Shown: positions 27,983 to 30,509 of the stretch, one piece after another
Layout: each line of letters starts with the position of its first letter
Numbering within the stretch: position 1 is the first letter of the stretch
Origin: Candidatus Undinarchaeota archaeon
Lineage (GTDB): Archaea; SpSt-1190
Direction of reading: 5' to 3'
Length of the DNA: 30,509 nt
Assembly: GCA_964549355.1 (NCBI GenBank)
Contig: CAZJUS010000007.1
Coordinates: 1 to 30,509 of the forward strand
Made by a program: the position numbers and the translations under genes
The notes under the pieces: model-generated
What the model was told of the DNA's origin: nothing
The model's database searches: none
The model's input: only the letters and a program-made list of their open reading frames with translations

Positions 27983-28785
27983 AATACCTCACCAAGTTTC
28001 TTCGGGTCATGAAGATGTTCTGTTTGGGACAAATCCGCAAAAACTCCGTCCACATCAATCTCAATCCCTTTTGACGGTTTTTGGACAATCACATAATCCG
28101 GGGCAAATCCGCCTATTTCTTTCAGCACCCTTAGGTAATCACTCACCTTAAAATTTTTCACAGGTGCAACATCATTCACAATATTCATAACATAAATTTT
28201 CTTAGGAACCTCATCAACAGCTTTCCTAATATCATTCACTAAAAAATGAGGTATTATGCTTGTGAATAAACTTCCAGGTCCGACAACAACGGCATCAGCA
28301 TTCTTAATTAAAGCTATGGCGTTTGGATTCACATGCACTTTTGGATTCAACGACATTTTCACTATTTTTCCTTCAGTATGGTCAATTTGAACCTCGCCAA
28401 AAACTTTTTCATGTTCAAAATCTGCAACCAAATCACACGCCCGATTGAAAAGGGGCTCAATAGGTTGCGTCAATCCCATGGCATTCCGGTAAATCTGCAT
28501 GGCGTTTGAGAACCCGTGAAGATTTATGAGATTCAACAATACAAGATTGCCGACGGCATGGCCGTTGAATCTGTACTCCATTGCATTTGCAAAGGGCGAG
28601 TCTGAAATAGTATCCACGACCCTCCGTATATCCCCCATGGCAGGAACATCAAACATTTTCCTGAGCTGTCCAGTGCTCCCGCCGTTGTCTGTAGTCTCCA
28701 CAACGGCGCCAAAATCAATCTTCTGTTGCTTGAGTGCAAGCAAAGTCTGGCTGAGCCCCTTCCCCCCTCCAATACCTACAATCAT
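27964..28785 (-). CDS. YvcK/UPF0052 (CofD-like) family protein
   Basis: VGIGGGKGLS, TDNGGSTGQLR, GDIRR, GHAVGNL, GEVQID, GPGSLFTSIIP, HDPKKL. Confidence 0.9.
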   Translation of the reverse strand: MIVGIGGGKGLSQTLLALKQQKIDFGAVVETTDNGGSTGQLRKMFDVPAMGDIRRVVDTISDSPFANAMEYRFNGHAVGNLVLLNLINLHGFSNAMQIYRNAMGLTQPIEPLFNRACDLVADFEHEKVFGEVQIDHTEGKIVKMSLNPKVHVNPNAIALIKNADAVVVGPGSLFTSIIPHFLVNDIRKAVDEVPKKIYVMNIVNDVAPVKNFKVSDYLRVLKEIGGFAPDYVIVQKPSKGIEIDVDGVFADLSQTEHLHDPKKLGEVLCRLLR

Positions 28786-30011
28786 TTTACCGCCACTTCC
28801 TGCTTAGCATATGCTTTTCTGCCGTCTTTGAGAATGCCCTTAAAAACAGTTCCCGGGCCAATAAAACTGCCCTTTCCAACCACAGCTCCCGGCATCAAAC
28901 TCACATTGACCCCTGTCCTGGCACCGTCACCCAGGATGGCGCCCAAACTTGAAGTTTTTGTGTCAATACATTTGCCCTTGACTTCCACCTTTATATTGGA
29001 CCTGTCAAGGCGTCTGTTTGCAGTAACAGTCCCAAAACCCAGCCTGCAGTCCCTGCCCGCCACTGAATCTCCAAAGAACCCGTGATGAATTTTCGAATTC
29101 GGACCGACCAGGCTGCGGGCAACTTCACTCCCAAAGCCAACAACGGCTCCGGATTCGATGGAACTTTCGCGAACAAGTGAATGGTCTCCAATAATTGCAC
29201 CGCGTCCTATATATGCCGGACCTTTCACAACAGCATGATGAAGAATTTTAGCTCCTTTTTCAACAATCACATCGCCTTCAATTATGGCACTGCTTACAAC
29301 ATCCCCTTCAATAGTTTGTCCTTTTATTTTTGTGAACAAATATTTCATAAGAGAAAGTGAATGCCATGGATATTTTACTGAAGGTAATTCTTCATTTGTT
29401 ATTGTGAAATATTCTGCGGGATGCTCCTTCAACCATCGAGTCCAAGCTTCTTCCAGAAGATAGTGGTGCTTTTTTTCCTTCCCCATTTTGGAAAGCAGTT
29501 TCACAAAATCAGGTGAAATCCGATAGCACGACTTGACAGCAAGCTTCGATTTCGGATTTGCGGGCTTCTCAATAATCTCCGTTATCCTGTTGTTTTTGAG
29601 AGTCACAACCCCATAATCCTGCGGGCGGTTGGTCTCAAAACACACGAGCGTGTCGCCGGAAGCTTCGGCAAGCTTCTTGATTATCGTTTCGTTTATGTGG
29701 TGCCCTGCCAGGACTAGGACATCCTCTTCTGCATCGTGGGCCCCTTTCACTATGGCATCCCAGGTGCCTATGGGCTCCGGCTGGATTCTGGATTCCATAG
29801 GCACACGCAAATCCGATTCGTACTTTTTCAGGACGCCGGTTACAGGCCTGTCTGGGGACTCGACTACGACAACCTCTTTTATCTTGGAGGGAAGGGCATG
29901 CAAGAGATGAAGAACAAGAGGTTTGCCCATAATCTCGAAGGTGCATTTGTGCCCCCGGGAAAGCGGCCAAAAACGGGAACTTTCTCCGCCTGCGATAACA
30001 ACTGCTCTCAT
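28782..30011 (-). CDS. Bifunctional sugar-1-phosphate nucleotidylyltransferase/acetyltransferase (archaeal GlmU-like)
   Basis: MRAVVIAGGESSRFWPL, IIEKP, YPW, C-terminal hexapeptide repeats, GTVTANRRLD, LGAILGD. Start at ATG 30011, preceded by GGTG. Confidence 0.88.
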   Translation of the reverse strand: MRAVVIAGGESSRFWPLSRGHKCTFEIMGKPLVLHLLHALPSKIKEVVVVESPDRPVTGVLKKYESDLRVPMESRIQPEPIGTWDAIVKGAHDAEEDVLVLAGHHINETIIKKLAEASGDTLVCFETNRPQDYGVVTLKNNRITEIIEKPANPKSKLAVKSCYRISPDFVKLLSKMGKEKKHHYLLEEAWTRWLKEHPAEYFTITNEELPSVKYPWHSLSLMKYLFTKIKGQTIEGDVVSSAIIEGDVIVEKGAKILHHAVVKGPAYIGRGAIIGDHSLVRESSIESGAVVGFGSEVARSLVGPNSKIHHGFFGDSVAGRDCRLGFGTVTANRRLDRSNIKVEVKGKCIDTKTSSLGAILGDGARTGVNVSLMPGAVVGKGSFIGPGTVFKGILKDGRKAYAKQEVAVK

Positions 30012-30126
30012 CACCAAGCCCAATCGGCAATCCAATTAAAACACCTTTGGTTACTGCGTTTTTAGGCTTTGATGGATTTAAAAAAATAATCTAAAGTTTA
30101 TACAAAAACTTTTTTGAATACTTTAC

Positions 30127-30132
30127 TATAAA
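30127..30132 (+). promoter_or_regulatory. Putative TATA box of SRP RNA gene
   Basis: TATAAA in an AT-rich tract 22-27 nt upstream of the RNA 5' end. Confidence 0.5.
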
Positions 30133-30152
30133 CCTTAAAATTGGTATGATAC

Positions 30153-30422
30153 TGGGCCGGCTAGACCGGGGGGCTGACGTCTCCTCTGCCGCAAATTGTC
30201 GTTGGCGGGGTCGAAGCCGGAGGAAGGGACACACTGGCATGTCACGGGCTGGAGACGAGGCGTCGAAGCTCTGTCCAGTGGTGGTCCGTAAGGCGGTGAA
30301 CCGGGCCAGGTCCGGAAGGAAGCAACCCTGACTGTCCCAAGGATGCCCGCTGGGGGCGGAGTGGAGCTGAATCAAAGGTACCGGATATGCAAAGAGTTTC
30401 GACCTTCAGGCATGCCGGCCCA
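30153..30422 (+). ncRNA. ffs: Archaeal signal recognition particle (7S) RNA
   Basis: Terminal helix TGGGCCGGC (30153-61) / GCCGGCCCA (30414-22). Helix 8 CCAGGTCCGGAAGGAAGCAAC. Helix 6 loop CC-GTAA-GG. Alu-like 5' part GGCTAGACCGGGGGG. GGTCGAAG pairs with TTTCGACC. Confidence 0.93.
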
Positions 30423-30463
30423 TCCTGCTCCTTGAATAGGCTTTAAAAAAAGCCCGACCAAAA

Positions 30464-30484
30464 CCAGCCACCGAAGGTGGCTGG
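30464..30484 (-). terminator. GC-rich hairpin, possible terminator of a convergent gene beyond the window
   Basis: Perfect inverted repeat CCAGCCACC-gaa-GGTGGCTGG; followed on the minus strand by T tracts. Confidence 0.4.
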
Positions 30485-30509
30485 ACCAAAAGCTACTCTG
30501 CCTGCTGAG

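Noticed and set aside
30091..30375. 94-aa and 61-aa ORFs at the right end
   Set aside because: They overlap the SRP RNA gene.

Overview
Gene-dense archaeal window. TBP, Dph2, Cdc48, an archaeal-type TyrRS, an archaeal SRP RNA and TATA-like boxes just upstream of many start codons point to an archaeon; a DPANN-like small-genome lineage is my inference, not established. The left third (about 1.6-10.1 kb) is an AT-rich His-Xaa-Ser-type RiPP cluster. It holds one precursor with 11 tandem H-x-S/T triplets, an HxsB-like maturase, two HxsD-like proteins, three HxsC-like radical SAM paralogues, a fifth radical SAM/SPASM enzyme, three unknown membrane-anchored proteins and an A24 prepilin peptidase. 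The precursor leader resembles a prepilin (Flp/class III) signal followed by a hydrophobic helix. The best novelty candidate is therefore a radical-SAM-modified, peptidase-processed, membrane- or surface-displayed peptide (hypothesis only). The cluster lies between two cell-surface protein genes, one encoding a ~2620-aa Cys-rich protein with two LamG domains and 93-aa repeats. The right half is mostly housekeeping: adenosine-specific kinase family, tyrS, an amino acid permease, acdA, cdc48, tbp, dph2, a HAD hydrolase, yvcK-like, glmU-like and SRP RNA. All family calls come from motif recognition by eye; no database search was run.
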